Shown here: positions 9,117-17,493 of the stretch, piece after piece
How positions within the stretch are numbered: the stretch's first letter is position 1
How the letters are laid out: each line of letters starts with the position of its first letter
Origin: a virus
Lineage: Duplodnaviria > Caudoviricetes
Length of the DNA: 26,540 bases
Virus record (IMG/VR): IMGVR_UViG_3300048856_000122
Location: 1 to 26,540 of that record
Direction: 5' to 3' (one strand)
Notes under the pieces: generated by a model
The model's database searches: none
What the model was told of the DNA's origin: nothing
What the model saw: only the letters and a program-made list of their open reading frames with translations
Position numbers and translations under genes: made by a program

Positions 9117-9146
9117 ACTCTATGTCAAGTCGCATATGCGACGCAA
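9117..9146 (-). promoter_or_regulatory. Putative late-operon promoter TTGCGT-N18-TAGAGT with a perfect operator palindrome GTCGCATATGCGAC (9129-9142) largely in the spacer
   Basis: Read on the minus strand; matches actinobacterial SigA TTGnnn/TAnnnT; upstream of terS. Confidence 0.7.
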
Positions 9147-9171
9147 GCAGCGACGCGCGTGTCGCGGTGCG

Positions 9172-9366
9172 TCAGCCGGTCGAGTCGGACCACGTACCGT
9201 GCCGGACGCACACGCCGCCCCACGCCTGCGTGCTCCCGTTCTGCGTGCGCACTGTGCCGGTGTCCCACCCGTGGGCGGACCAGCGCCCACAGTCGGGGCA
9301 CTGCACGCGGGTCGCGTGCTCGCCGGGGTGGTCGCAATCGGGGGCGAGCGGACGGCGCGCCCTCAT
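9172..9366 (-). CDS. Small zinc-finger-like protein (64 aa)
   Basis: ATGA-coupled start; CDH..H, CPDC, CVRH motifs. Confidence 0.65.
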   Translation of the reverse strand: MRARRPLAPDCDHPGEHATRVQCPDCGRWSAHGWDTGTVRTQNGSTQAWGGVCVRHGTWSDSTG

Positions 9367-9758
9367 GCTTCGCCCCGCAGGTGCGCGAGCAGGCGGTCGG
9401 CGAGCATGTACGCGTCGACCTCGTCGTCGCGGAAGTTGACCGCGCCGCGGCGGTACGTGCCGTCGGGCTCGTCGCCCCCCATGACGCCGGCGTACAGCGC
9501 GTCGGCGAGAGCGCGCCGGTCCAGGCGGTCGGCGGGCACCTCGACGAGGGGGCGCAGGTTGCTCGGTGCTACCCACATGGTGCCGCTGCCGTACTGCGAG
9601 TCGAACAGCACGAGAGCGCACGGGTCCTCGCGCATGTCGTGGTTGCGGACGCTGCCCCGAGCGCCGCGCATCGCCTCGAGCGGGCCGACGTACTCGACGC
9701 GTGAGTCGAACGGGGGCAGGGCGGGCCTCGGCAGGGGGACAGGTGCGGGGGCGGTCAC
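9363..9758 (-). CDS. Hypothetical phage protein (131 aa), possible SH3-like N-terminal domain
   Basis: GTGA-coupled start at 9758, GAGGGAG RBS; RVEYVG..GARGSV..ALVLFD..WVAPSNLRP. Confidence 0.65.
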   Translation of the reverse strand: MTAPAPVPLPRPALPPFDSRVEYVGPLEAMRGARGSVRNHDMREDPCALVLFDSQYGSGTMWVAPSNLRPLVEVPADRLDRRALADALYAGVMGGDEPDGTYRRGAVNFRDDEVDAYMLADRLLAHLRGEA

Positions 9759-10222
9759 AGGTACTCCCTCAGTCGGGCGGCGAGCGTGTCGGCCTGCCGC
9801 TGCCAGTAGGCGCGGTCGTCGTCGGTGGCCTGCCGCCACTCGAGCAGGGCTCGGCTGGTGTCGGCGACGGTGTGCGTCTCGACGTGCGCGGCGGTGAACA
9901 GCTCGCGGGCGAGTACGTCGCGGTCGAGGGGCACGGTGAGCACGCGGTCGCGGTACCGGGTGACGGCGGCGTCGACCTCTCGGGCGCGGTCCCGCTCGAG
10001 CTTGCGCCATGCGAGGGCGGCGCGGGTGGCGACGTCGGCGCGCTCGCGCAGGGTGTCGACGATGCCCCACACGAGGCCGATGCCGACCAACAGGGCGAGG
10101 CGCTGCACGAACGTCCACCCGGCGGCGTAGGTGGCGCCGGACACGACGGCGAGCACGGCGAGCTCGAGCGCCCATGCGGCGGCGCGGTGCCAGCGGCCGG
10201 CGCCAGGTGTGCGGGTGGTCAT
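9755..10222 (-). CDS. Membrane protein with two predicted TM helices (155 aa)
   Basis: ATG at 10222 with GAGAGG RBS in start-associated motif; hydrophobic segments WALELAVLAVVSGATYAAGW and LALLVGIGLVWGIV. Confidence 0.7.
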   Translation of the reverse strand: MTTRTPGAGRWHRAAAWALELAVLAVVSGATYAAGWTFVQRLALLVGIGLVWGIVDTLRERADVATRAALAWRKLERDRAREVDAAVTRYRDRVLTVPLDRDVLARELFTAAHVETHTVADTSRALLEWRQATDDDRAYWQRQADTLAARLREYL

Positions 10223-10446
10223 GGGTTGGTCCTCTCTGTGGTCGGGTGGTGCTCGGCGAGGTGGTCGAGGCCGAGGGCGAGGGCGGCGCCGTGCTCGGGG
10301 GAGAGGGCGACGGTGCACGGGCGGGCCTCGTGGCAGCAGGCGCGGCAGTGGGCCCGGAACACGCGGCGCGGGAAGCGGGCCCACGTGCCGACCCACAGGG
10401 GCGCGCCGCTGTTGGTGTGCCCGCGGCGGGTGCGTCGCGGGCTCAC
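10219..10446 (-). CDS. Hypothetical Cys/His-rich protein (75 aa)
   Basis: GTGA-coupled start; HCRACCH and HLAEHH motifs; fills the gap in a coupled operon. Confidence 0.6.
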   Translation of the reverse strand: MSPRRTRRGHTNSGAPLWVGTWARFPRRVFRAHCRACCHEARPCTVALSPEHGAALALGLDHLAEHHPTTERTNP

Positions 10447-10703
10447 GGCTTGGTCCTCAGCAGCCGGCGGCGCAGGGCCCGGGCCTTGTCGCGGTACTCG
10501 GGCGCTCGGTCGGGCCCGTGGCCGTCGAGGGAGGCGAGCTCGGCGGCGAGGTTGGACGTGTCGAGCACGGCGCCGACGGCTTCGCGCAGGCGGCCGGTGG
10601 TGCCCTGCCCGGCGAGGTAGGCGCGCTGCTCGGCGAACGCACCGGCCTCGAGCGGGGTCATGCGCGGCCGGATCGGGCCGGTGATGGTGGTCATGGTGGT
10701 CAT
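10443..10703 (-). CDS. Hypothetical phage protein (86 aa)
   Basis: ATGA-coupled start at 10703 (MTTMTTITGP). Confidence 0.6.
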   Translation of the reverse strand: MTTMTTITGPIRPRMTPLEAGAFAEQRAYLAGQGTTGRLREAVGAVLDTSNLAAELASLDGHGPDRAPEYRDKARALRRRLLRTKP

Positions 10704-11488
10704 CCCTTCGTGAGCTGCCGGGCGAGGCGCGCCACGGCGGCGGGGTTGAGCGGGGTGCGGCGCTGCTCGGCCTGGTGGTCGGCCTGCGTCTTGGTGTGCT
10801 CGGGGTCGGCGGTGCACACGAGCACGCCGAGCCGGCCGTTGGCCTCGAGCCGGGCCCGGTACACGCCGTCGCAGGGGCGGCGCAGGGTGACGGGCTCGCC
10901 GTTGGGGCCGAGGTCGCCGAGGCCGGTGTCGACGGTGTGGTCGCACGGGACGTGCACGGGCACGTACCGGGTGCCGTCCGGGGCGGCGAGCCGCTCGAGC
11001 GCCCTCTCGTGGCGCTTGAGGCCGCGCAGCACGTCGTCGGCGGCCTCGACGTCGGGCGCGAGGTCGTCGACGACTTCGACGAGCTCACGCATGACGGCCG
11101 AGGTGCCGGTCGCGCGCGGCCGCCACAGGGGGCGGCCCTCGTCGACGCGGCGCCGGGTGTCGATGGGCCCGAGCCGGTGCGCGTTGACCTGTCGCACTGC
11201 CCACACGGCCCACGCGTCCGCGCTCATGGTGAGCGTGAGCACGTGGTCGGACACGGGCATGCGGCTCTCGGGCTTCGCGGCGCCCCCAGGGTTGCCCCCA
11301 CCTGTGGACAGGGCGCCGGCGTCCCGCATGACGGTGTCGTACAGGCCGGCGACCTTGCCGAGCAGGGCGGCGAGCTCGTCGTGCCGCAGCTCGAGCTGCC
11401 GCTGCTGGTAGCGCGCGAGCTCGTCGACCTCCACGAGCATGCGGGGTGCTCGGCGGGCGGCGCCGCGGGCGGCGTGGCGGCGGCTCAC
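10700..11488 (-). CDS. Hypothetical protein (about 262 aa) with C-terminal Zn-ribbon-like Cys/His; candidate late-gene regulator
   Basis: GTGA-coupled start at 11488 (alternative ATG 11441); GGAAKPESRMP, PCDH..PCDG..LVCTADPEH; location in the distal early operon. Function is inference. Confidence 0.65.
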   Translation of the reverse strand: MSRRHAARGAARRAPRMLVEVDELARYQQRQLELRHDELAALLGKVAGLYDTVMRDAGALSTGGGNPGGAAKPESRMPVSDHVLTLTMSADAWAVWAVRQVNAHRLGPIDTRRRVDEGRPLWRPRATGTSAVMRELVEVVDDLAPDVEAADDVLRGLKRHERALERLAAPDGTRYVPVHVPCDHTVDTGLGDLGPNGEPVTLRRPCDGVYRARLEANGRLGVLVCTADPEHTKTQADHQAEQRRTPLNPAAVARLARQLTKG

Positions 11489-11931
11489 GGCGTCACCTCG
11501 GCGAGGTCGCCGGCCTCGCGGGCGCGCTCGACGGCGGCCCGCAGGCGGCGGGCGATGCCGCTGCCCGAGTCGAGGTCGTCGCCCTCGAGCAGCTCGTCGA
11601 GGGCGGCGACGAGCACGTCGCGCTCGGTGGTCGCGGCGGCGGCCTGGTCGCGCTGCTGCGCGGCGTAGGCACGCTGCGCGTCGAGGCCGTCGCGGAGGTC
11701 GGCCTGCTGCCGGGCCCACGTGTTCCGCTCCCGGGCGATCGCGTCGAGCGCCTGCCGGGTGCGGGTGAGGTCGTCGTGTGCGCGGGCGAGCCTGCCGGCC
11801 TTCTCGGCGAGCGCCTCGGCCTGCCGGTCGACGGCGGCGGCGAGGCCGAGCAGCGGCCCGGCCTCGACTGAGACGTACGTGTCAGGGTCGCTGCCCGCGA
11901 GGTCGCGGAGCTGGTCGCCGAGGTTGCTCAC
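11485..11931 (-). CDS. Coiled-coil hypothetical protein (148 aa)
   Basis: GTGA-coupled start at 11931, GGAGG RBS; long Ala/Arg/Gln heptads. Confidence 0.7.
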   Translation of the reverse strand: MSNLGDQLRDLAGSDPDTYVSVEAGPLLGLAAAVDRQAEALAEKAGRLARAHDDLTRTRQALDAIARERNTWARQQADLRDGLDAQRAYAAQQRDQAAAATTERDVLVAALDELLEGDDLDSGSGIARRLRAAVERAREAGDLAEVTP

Positions 11932-13415
11932 TTGGCGGCCTCCGTCCGGGGGTTGTAGGTGTACGCGACGGACACGCGCACGAGGTCGCCGTGCCCAAGG
12001 GGGGTCAGGTCGACGCGGGGGGACACGAGCACGATGTGGTCGGGGTCCTGTCCGATGAGGGCGGCGAGGCGGCGGGTGATGCCGTGCGCGTCGTCCGGGG
12101 TGAGGGTGTCGGGCGTGCCCATGACGTCGCGGTACTCGAGGCGGGCGCGCAGCACGTCGCGCTCGCGGGTGCGGGTGTCGAGGTTTGCCTCGGCGGTGGC
12201 GATGTACGCGTCGCGCTCGTCGATGACGCCGCGCAGCCGGTCGATTTCGGCGGTAAGCGTGACGACCTCGCGCTCGGCCTTCGCGGCGCGCTCCTGCGCC
12301 CGCTCGATGAGGCGGTACAGCCGGTCGCGCTCGGCGGCGGCGCCGCGCTGCAACAGGTCGGCGGCCTCGGCGGTGCGGTCGGCGTCGGCACGGGCCCGCT
12401 CGGCGGCGGCGGCGTGCGCGGCGCTGGTGCGCTGGTGGTCGCGCTCGAGGTCGGCGAGGTAGTCGAGGCGGGCCTGCACGCCTGCCTGGCGCACGTAGTT
12501 CTCGCCGCGCCAGTTGAGCAGGTGCCCGTCGTCGGAGAGGGTGAGCCCGGGCGGCAGGTCGTCGTCGGGCTCGGGCAGCGCCTCGACGGTCAGCGGGGCG
12601 CACTTGGCGGGGATCATGGCGGGGCGGCTCTCCCCGGCGGGCAGGTGCCACCCGTCCTCGTCGCGCGTCCACAGGGCGCCGTACTGGTCGCGCACCTGCG
12701 CGCCGACGGGCAGCGCGGCGAGCACGGCGGCGATGGATGCGACGTTCGGGTGTGTGTACGTCATGCCCTCGGCGGAGAGCGACGCCCCCGTCCCCTCGGC
12801 GACGAGCCGGTCGCCGACGCGCAGGGCGCGGGCGGCCTCGGCAGCGGTGTCGAGCGGCGCCCACGGGTCGACGGGGCCCTCGGTGTCGGGCTCGGCGGCG
12901 TAGTCGGTGCCGCAGGTCTGGCACACCATGCCGTCCGTCTCGCGGCGCGGGTAGGTGCACGTCGGGCACTCGACGGCCTCGACGGTCAGCGGGGTCCACC
13001 AGGCGACCGCGTCGACCGATAGGGCGCACGACGCGTCGTGCTCGCTGGGGTGGTCGCCGGAGTGCCACCCGTCGACACGGCGCCACCACAGGTCACCCGC
13101 CCGGTCGCGGAACTGGAACCCGACCGGCAGCCGGTCTAGCACGCGCTCGATCGATGCGGCGTCGGGGTGCACCCACAGGTGCCCGGCGTCGGGCGCCTTG
13201 TCGTCGCGGGTGAGCAGCACGTGCCCGATGCGCAGCGCGTCGGCGGCGGTCTGGGCGGGGTCGAGCGGCTCCCAGCAGTCCGTGCCAGTGGTGTCGCCGA
13301 TGACGAGCTCGCGCAGCTCGAGGTGCCCGCCGATCGCCTCGAGGGCGGTGGCGATGCGGTCGACGAGGGCGCGGTCCTCGTCGCTGAGGTAGGCGTACAT
13401 GGTGGCGGTTGCCAT
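11928..13415 (-). CDS. Multidomain hypothetical protein (495 aa): duplicated LPxG..RD..G.LW domain, central CxxC-CxxC, coiled coil
   Basis: ATG at 13415 after AGGAG (alternative coupled ATG 13457); internal duplication visible in the translation. Confidence 0.75.
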   Translation of the reverse strand: MATATMYAYLSDEDRALVDRIATALEAIGGHLELRELVIGDTTGTDCWEPLDPAQTAADALRIGHVLLTRDDKAPDAGHLWVHPDAASIERVLDRLPVGFQFRDRAGDLWWRRVDGWHSGDHPSEHDASCALSVDAVAWWTPLTVEAVECPTCTYPRRETDGMVCQTCGTDYAAEPDTEGPVDPWAPLDTAAEAARALRVGDRLVAEGTGASLSAEGMTYTHPNVASIAAVLAALPVGAQVRDQYGALWTRDEDGWHLPAGESRPAMIPAKCAPLTVEALPEPDDDLPPGLTLSDDGHLLNWRGENYVRQAGVQARLDYLADLERDHQRTSAAHAAAAERARADADRTAEAADLLQRGAAAERDRLYRLIERAQERAAKAEREVVTLTAEIDRLRGVIDERDAYIATAEANLDTRTRERDVLRARLEYRDVMGTPDTLTPDDAHGITRRLAALIGQDPDHIVLVSPRVDLTPLGHGDLVRVSVAYTYNPRTEAAK

Positions 13416-13453
13416 GGTCGTTCTCCTGTCCGTCGGATATGCGACGCGCGTGG

Positions 13454-14719
13454 TCATGCGGCGGCGCCGGCGTTGTGGGCGATGGTCGCGGGCCCGATGT
13501 TCTCCGGGGTCCACGGGAACGGGTTGCGCGGGTCGGCGTACATGTGGTCGGGCCAGGCGCGTCCGGTGTCGCGGTCGCCGCGCCAGCGCACGACCTTCAC
13601 GCGGCGATACTCGTCGTGCTCGTCCTGCTCCGTCTCGAGGATGCGGCGCAGGCCGAACCCGAACTCCGGCCAGCCGAGCAGGGCGGCCGAGCCGCGAGGG
13701 GCGAGGTCGCGCTCGCCGGCGCCGTTGAGGCCCTTGCCAGCGTGGGCCTCCATGACGAGGGCGACGCCCCGGCCGCGGAGGGAGTCGAGCGCGGACACGA
13801 GCGGGGCGGCGTGGTCGTCGTTGGTGATCGCGCCGTTGGTCAGCTTGTACAGCGGGCCGATGAGCAGCAGGTCGGGCCGGTGCAGGTCGATGAGCCGGTG
13901 CACGGCGCCGAGGTCGCGGTCGTCGGTCAGGTTGAGCCGGCCCTTGGGCATGCGGTCCACGGTGACGAGGTGCATGCGGTCCTCGGGCGGCGTGGTGCCG
14001 TAGTGCGTGGCGGCGCCGACGATGCGGCGCGCCTGCCGCCGCCACTGCCGCTCGGTGTTCTCGGAGTCGACGACGAGCACCCGCAGCGGGGCCATGGGCC
14101 GGAACAGGGTCGGGTGCAGGCCGGCGGCCGACAGGATGCCGAGCTGGCGCACCCACGTCGTCTTGCCGCCGCCCTCCCCGCCGGTGATGACGACGCGGTC
14201 GCCGCGCTCGAGCAGGTCGGGGATGAGCCAGTCGTACCGGTCGTCGCCGGCGAGCACCTCGCCGAGGGTCTGCGCCTCAAGGCTGCGGTACCCGGCGGAC
14301 GCGAGCCGCTCCCACTCGCCGCGGGCCGCGGTCATCACCTCGGCGAGCGGGTGGTCGGCTTCGGAGAGCTGCTGCGCCCGCAGGCCGAAGGTGTGCAGCA
14401 GGCGGCGCGTGTACGCCTCGGACACGAGGCGGGCATAGAACCCGGCGTTCGCGGCGGTCGGCGTGCGTTCGATGACGTCGTGCAGCCACACGGCGTCAAC
14501 GCCGCGCACGCGCGCCTCACGGGCGGCGGCGTCGACGGTGACGGCATCGACGGCCTGCCCGTTCGTCCACAGGGTGTGGGCGATGCCGTAGACGGCGCCG
14601 AGGCGGGGCTCGTCGAACGATGCGGGGGAGACGACGGCGGACGTCTCGCGCAGCGTGCCCGGGTCGAGCAGGGTGGCGCCGACGAGCGCGAGCTCGGCGG
14701 CGTGGTGGTCGATGGTCAC
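13454..14719 (-). CDS. Replicative helicase: DnaB-like N-domain plus RecA-fold (AAA_25-like) ATPase (421 aa)
   Basis: AELALVGATLL..F..PRLG..VDAVTV DnaB N-domain; Walker A GGEGGGKT; VLVVDSEN; PRGSAALLGWPE; GTG at 14719. Confidence 0.85.
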   Translation of the reverse strand: MTIDHHAAELALVGATLLDPGTLRETSAVVSPASFDEPRLGAVYGIAHTLWTNGQAVDAVTVDAAAREARVRGVDAVWLHDVIERTPTAANAGFYARLVSEAYTRRLLHTFGLRAQQLSEADHPLAEVMTAARGEWERLASAGYRSLEAQTLGEVLAGDDRYDWLIPDLLERGDRVVITGGEGGGKTTWVRQLGILSAAGLHPTLFRPMAPLRVLVVDSENTERQWRRQARRIVGAATHYGTTPPEDRMHLVTVDRMPKGRLNLTDDRDLGAVHRLIDLHRPDLLLIGPLYKLTNGAITNDDHAAPLVSALDSLRGRGVALVMEAHAGKGLNGAGERDLAPRGSAALLGWPEFGFGLRRILETEQDEHDEYRRVKVVRWRGDRDTGRAWPDHMYADPRNPFPWTPENIGPATIAHNAGAAA

Positions 14720-15054
14720 GGGGTGGTCCTGTCTGCGGTCGGGGTGGTCGGGTCGGCGGGTGATGGGCGGTACACACGGGCCCGGGGGGCGCGCTTGGCG
14801 CAGCGGGGGCACACGTGGACGCTGTCAGGGCCGCCAGCGCGCTCGAGCGCCGCGGCGGCGGTGGGGGCGAGGCGCTTTTCGAGCTCGGCGACGTCCACTC
14901 CGGCGGTCGTCCACCCGCGGACACCGCCGCACACGGCCGCGGCGGTCGCAGCCGACGTCCACCCGTCGTAGACGTCGCGGCGGAACACGTGCCGCAGGTA
15001 GCCGGGCCAGGCGCGCCCGACCTCGAAGCCGATCGTCCGGCGGTCGGTGGTCAC
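14716..15054 (-). CDS. Hypothetical protein (112 aa) with Cys motifs
   Basis: GTGA-coupled at both ends; H..AVCG..VCPRC. Confidence 0.6.
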   Translation of the reverse strand: MTTDRRTIGFEVGRAWPGYLRHVFRRDVYDGWTSAATAAAVCGGVRGWTTAGVDVAELEKRLAPTAAAALERAGGPDSVHVCPRCAKRAPRARVYRPSPADPTTPTADRTTP

Positions 15055-15188
15055 CGGATCTTCCCCTCTCGGATCATGCGGGCGAGCTGCTCGCGGGTGA
15101 ACGTCGAGCCGTACGAGGCGACGAGGGAGTCGAGGCGCGCCTCGAGCTCGTCGTCGGGCTCGTCGGGCCGGGGCGCCTCGGCGCTCAC
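15051..15188 (-). CDS. Small hypothetical protein (45 aa)
   Basis: GTGA-coupled at both ends; MSAEAPRPDEPDDELEARLDSLVASYGSTFTREQLARMIREGKIR. Confidence 0.55.
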   Translation of the reverse strand: MSAEAPRPDEPDDELEARLDSLVASYGSTFTREQLARMIREGKIR

Positions 15189-15562
15189 TCGGTCACCGCC
15201 CCGCCGCGGCGGGCGACGCCCTCGGCCTGGGCATAACCGGCCAGGATGTGCCCCACCGTGTCGGGGATGTATCCCCAGGTGTCGAGCTGACCGTTCCGGA
15301 TGGACCGCGCCGCCTCTGCGATCCGGCCAGCTGCCTCGCGGGCACCCTCGGCGCGGGCCTCGGCCAGCAGGTCGCGGTCCGGGCGAAAGACGACCGTGGC
15401 GTCGTAGGTGGTCAGGACGTGCGTGGTCTTGCGTCGCGAGTCCTCGAGGTTCGCCCACGACCCCGTGACGACCTTGCGCCACAGGTCCCCGTTGCCCGAC
15501 CGGGCGATGCTGCCGATCGGCAGGGCGTCGAGCTCGGCGGCGGTGGTGATCTGCTCGCTCAT
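15185..15562 (-). CDS. Hypothetical phage protein (125 aa) with LDALPIGS..GDLW domain
   Basis: ATGA-coupled; same domain as the repeats in 11928-13415. Confidence 0.7.
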   Translation of the reverse strand: MSEQITTAAELDALPIGSIARSGNGDLWRKVVTGSWANLEDSRRKTTHVLTTYDATVVFRPDRDLLAEARAEGAREAAGRIAEAARSIRNGQLDTWGYIPDTVGHILAGYAQAEGVARRGGAVTE

Positions 15563-15786
15563 CGGGCCACCGCCGCGCGCTCGACGGGCTTGCGGTACTC
15601 GAGCGGGCGGGGCCGGTAGCGGTCGCCGTACGCACGGTGCTTCCCGATCGCGCGCCGGGTGTAGTCCTGCGCGGCGACGACCTCGTCGACGACCTCGCGG
15701 GCCTTGCTGCGCTCGTCGATCGCCGGGGCGCCGAGGTGCTGCGCCGCATATGCGACGCGCTCGGCCGGGGCGGTAGACTGGTCCAT
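15559..15786 (-). CDS. Hypothetical protein (75 aa)
   Basis: ATG at 15786 after strong AAGGAGG RBS. Confidence 0.65.
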   Translation of the reverse strand: MDQSTAPAERVAYAAQHLGAPAIDERSKAREVVDEVVAAQDYTRRAIGKHRAYGDRYRPRPLEYRKPVERAAVAR

Positions 15787-15817
15787 GTTCGGTTCCCTCC
15801 TTGCAGGGGTCCGGGCC

Positions 15818-15851
15818 GCCCGTCGGGTCTCGACCACCCGGCGGGCTTTTT
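15818..15851 (+). terminator. Intrinsic terminator oriented antisense to the phage operon
   Basis: GCCCGTCGGGT ctcgacc ACCCGGCGGGC followed by TTTTT; G-U pair and U tract both on the plus strand. Confidence 0.7.
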
Positions 15852-15862
15852 CGTGCTCTGCG

Positions 15863-15891
15863 AGCGTACCACGGGCGTCGGATATGCGACG
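15863..15891 (-). promoter_or_regulatory. Putative promoter (extended -10 TGG-TACGCT) with an operator copy over the -35 position
   Basis: TACGCT at 15863-15868 (minus), CGTCGGATATGCGACG at 15876-15891, intergenic. Confidence 0.55.
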
Positions 15892-15904
15892 CACGCCGAC
15901 ACGC

Positions 15905-16813
15905 TTAGCCGTTCAGCAGCCACGGGTTCGCCGCCAGCCGCTCGGCCCTCGCGGCGTCCCCGCCGGCGAGGCGCTGCACCCGGTCGCCCGCCGCCGGGCG
16001 GGCCCCGCCCATCTGCGGCGCCCGGTCCAGCCACAGCCGGAACGCGGCGTTCCACTCGCGCTGCCGCCGGTCGTTCGCCTCGGCGTGCGCCCGGAACCGC
16101 ACCGCCTCGCGCTCGACGTCGATGCCGAGCTGCCGAGCCTGCTCGCGGTGAGCGTCGGTCGGCGTCCAGTCCTCCGGCAGCGGCGTCTCAGGCTTGCGCC
16201 GACCCCGACCCTTCGACGCCTTGACCGGCTCGGGAGCCTCGACCTCGAGGCCGGGCAGCGTGTCGTCGGCGAGCGGCGCGTGAGCGTCGCTCTCAAAGGG
16301 GACGGGACGGGACGGGACGGGACGGGGCGACGACGTGCGAGCGTCGCTTGCGACGGGCTGCGAGCCGTTTGCGAGGTTGCGATCCTCACCTGCGGAAACG
16401 CACAGGGGGCAATCGTCGCTAACCACTCCCTTTGCGACGTGGTGGCGACGGTGGTTGCCCGCGAGACCCGCCTGCGAACGCACCTTGGAGACGCGCTCAC
16501 GACGCACCTTCGCCTGCTCCGCCGGCGGGTTGTAGTCGTGGTAGTCGTGCAGCCTCCACAGGCCCTCGTGCTCGCCGGCGCCGACCTCCCACAGCCCGGC
16601 GTGCACCAGCAGCTCGACGAGGCCGTCGGGGTCGTCCTCGTGCCACGCGCGGCCGTCGGTCATGTGCTCGACGTCCTCGTGCGTGATGACGCCGTCGGTG
16701 CCGTACCGGGATGCGTGCATGAGCGCGGTGAGGTGCAGCCGCCACGCGGGGTGCGGCAGGCGCCGCAGCTTGGGGTGTTCGGCCATGCCGTCATCAATGC
16801 GAAGCCAGCTCAC
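15905..16813 (-). CDS. Replication initiator protein (actinophage RepA/DnaD-like, 302 aa)
   Basis: GTG at 16813; MSWLRIDDGMAEHPKL..TDGVI..LVHAGLWE..LHDYHDYNP N-domain, PRPVPSRPVP linker, LPEDWTP..FRAHA..WNAAFRLWL C-domain; upstream of helicase. Confidence 0.85.
   Translation of the reverse strand: MSWLRIDDGMAEHPKLRRLPHPAWRLHLTALMHASRYGTDGVITHEDVEHMTDGRAWHEDDPDGLVELLVHAGLWEVGAGEHEGLWRLHDYHDYNPPAEQAKVRRERVSKVRSQAGLAGNHRRHHVAKGVVSDDCPLCVSAGEDRNLANGSQPVASDARTSSPRPVPSRPVPFESDAHAPLADDTLPGLEVEAPEPVKASKGRGRRKPETPLPEDWTPTDAHREQARQLGIDVEREAVRFRAHAEANDRRQREWNAAFRLWLDRAPQMGGARPAAGDRVQRLAGGDAARAERLAANPWLLNG
16299..16323 (+). repeat. (GGGAC)x5 tandem repeat inside rep
   Basis: Directly visible; encodes part of the RPVPSRPVP linker. 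Confidence 0.9.
16336..16477. repeat. Iteron-like TGCGA cluster in rep (candidate origin)
   Basis: TGCGA at 16336, 16349, 16359, 16370, 16378, 16433, 16473. Confidence 0.5.
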
Positions 16814-16929
16814 GTGGGGTCCTTCTAGGTGTGGTCGGGGTGGTGCGGGTACGGTGACGCTCGAGCGAGCTCCTGTGGTCGGAGCGGGTCGCGTGCGGGG
16901 CGTCGGACCGGTGAGGTTAGGCGCCCCGC

Positions 16930-16986
16930 ACTCTATCCCTCTGGATCGCAAATGCGACGCGTTGCGACGTCGCAAACCGTCGCAAC
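16930..16986 (-). promoter_or_regulatory. Putative rep promoter (-10 TAGAGT) with operator variant ATCGCAAATGCGAC (16945-16958) and palindrome TTGCGACGTCGCAA (16962-16975)
   Basis: Seen in sequence about 120 nt upstream of the rep start. Confidence 0.5.
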
Positions 16987-17493
16987 GAACTCGCCGCGAC
17001 GGATGCGAGCAGCGAGGCCGTCGAGGGTCGCCGCCACGGGCAGCGATCCCGCCTCGGCGTCGTCGGCGCGACGGTCTAGGAACGCGAGCAGCGCCTCGAC
17101 GTCGACCGCGGGCGCGGCAGGGCGCAGCACGAGCACGACGTCGAACATGCCGCCGGCCGCGTCGGTTCCGACCGCCTCGAACGACGTGCGCCGCACGATC
17201 CGGTCGGCGTCGTCCTCGAGCACGCCGGCGTCGACGATGCCGTCGACGAGCGCCTTGGCCGTGGGGGCGATGTTCGGGGCGTCGCGGCGCCGGTTGTCGG
17301 GCCAGCGCACGAGCACGTCGACGTCGACCCGGCCGTCGAGCACGACGTCGGGCACCTCGGCTGCCGCGCGCAGGGCGGCAGCGCGGCGCAGGTGTGCCAT
17401 GCGCTTCCCGCGCGCCTGGAAGTGCTCGCGGTCGTTCGCCGACACGAGCTCGGCCCGGGTGAGGGTGAACACGAGCCGCACGGTGGCGCTCAC
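16933..17493 (-). CDS. rusA: RusA-like Holliday junction resolvase (186 aa)
   Basis: VSAND, PDNRRRDAPNIAPTAKALVDGIVDAGVLEDDA catalytic pattern (D..N..K...D......DD); GTGA-coupled start. Confidence 0.85.
   Translation of the reverse strand: MSATVRLVFTLTRAELVSANDREHFQARGKRMAHLRRAAALRAAAEVPDVVLDGRVDVDVLVRWPDNRRRDAPNIAPTAKALVDGIVDAGVLEDDADRIVRRTSFEAVGTDAAGGMFDVVLVLRPAAPAVDVEALLAFLDRRADDAEAGSLPVAATLDGLAARIRRGEFVATVCDVATRRICDPEG

Noticed and set aside
9123-9129. TGTCAAG resembling the L5 stoperator core, or TTGACA as the -35
   Set aside because: Single occurrence; no suitably spaced -10 for this TTGACA, better explained as part of the TTGCGT-N18-TAGAGT spacer
11928-14156. ORF-track N-terminal extensions (742 aa here; similarly 4104-6455, 15905-17620, 17490-18908, 21816-22709)
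   Set aside because: Arg/Pro-rich extensions overlap upstream real genes; starts reassigned using RBS and ATGA/GTGA coupling
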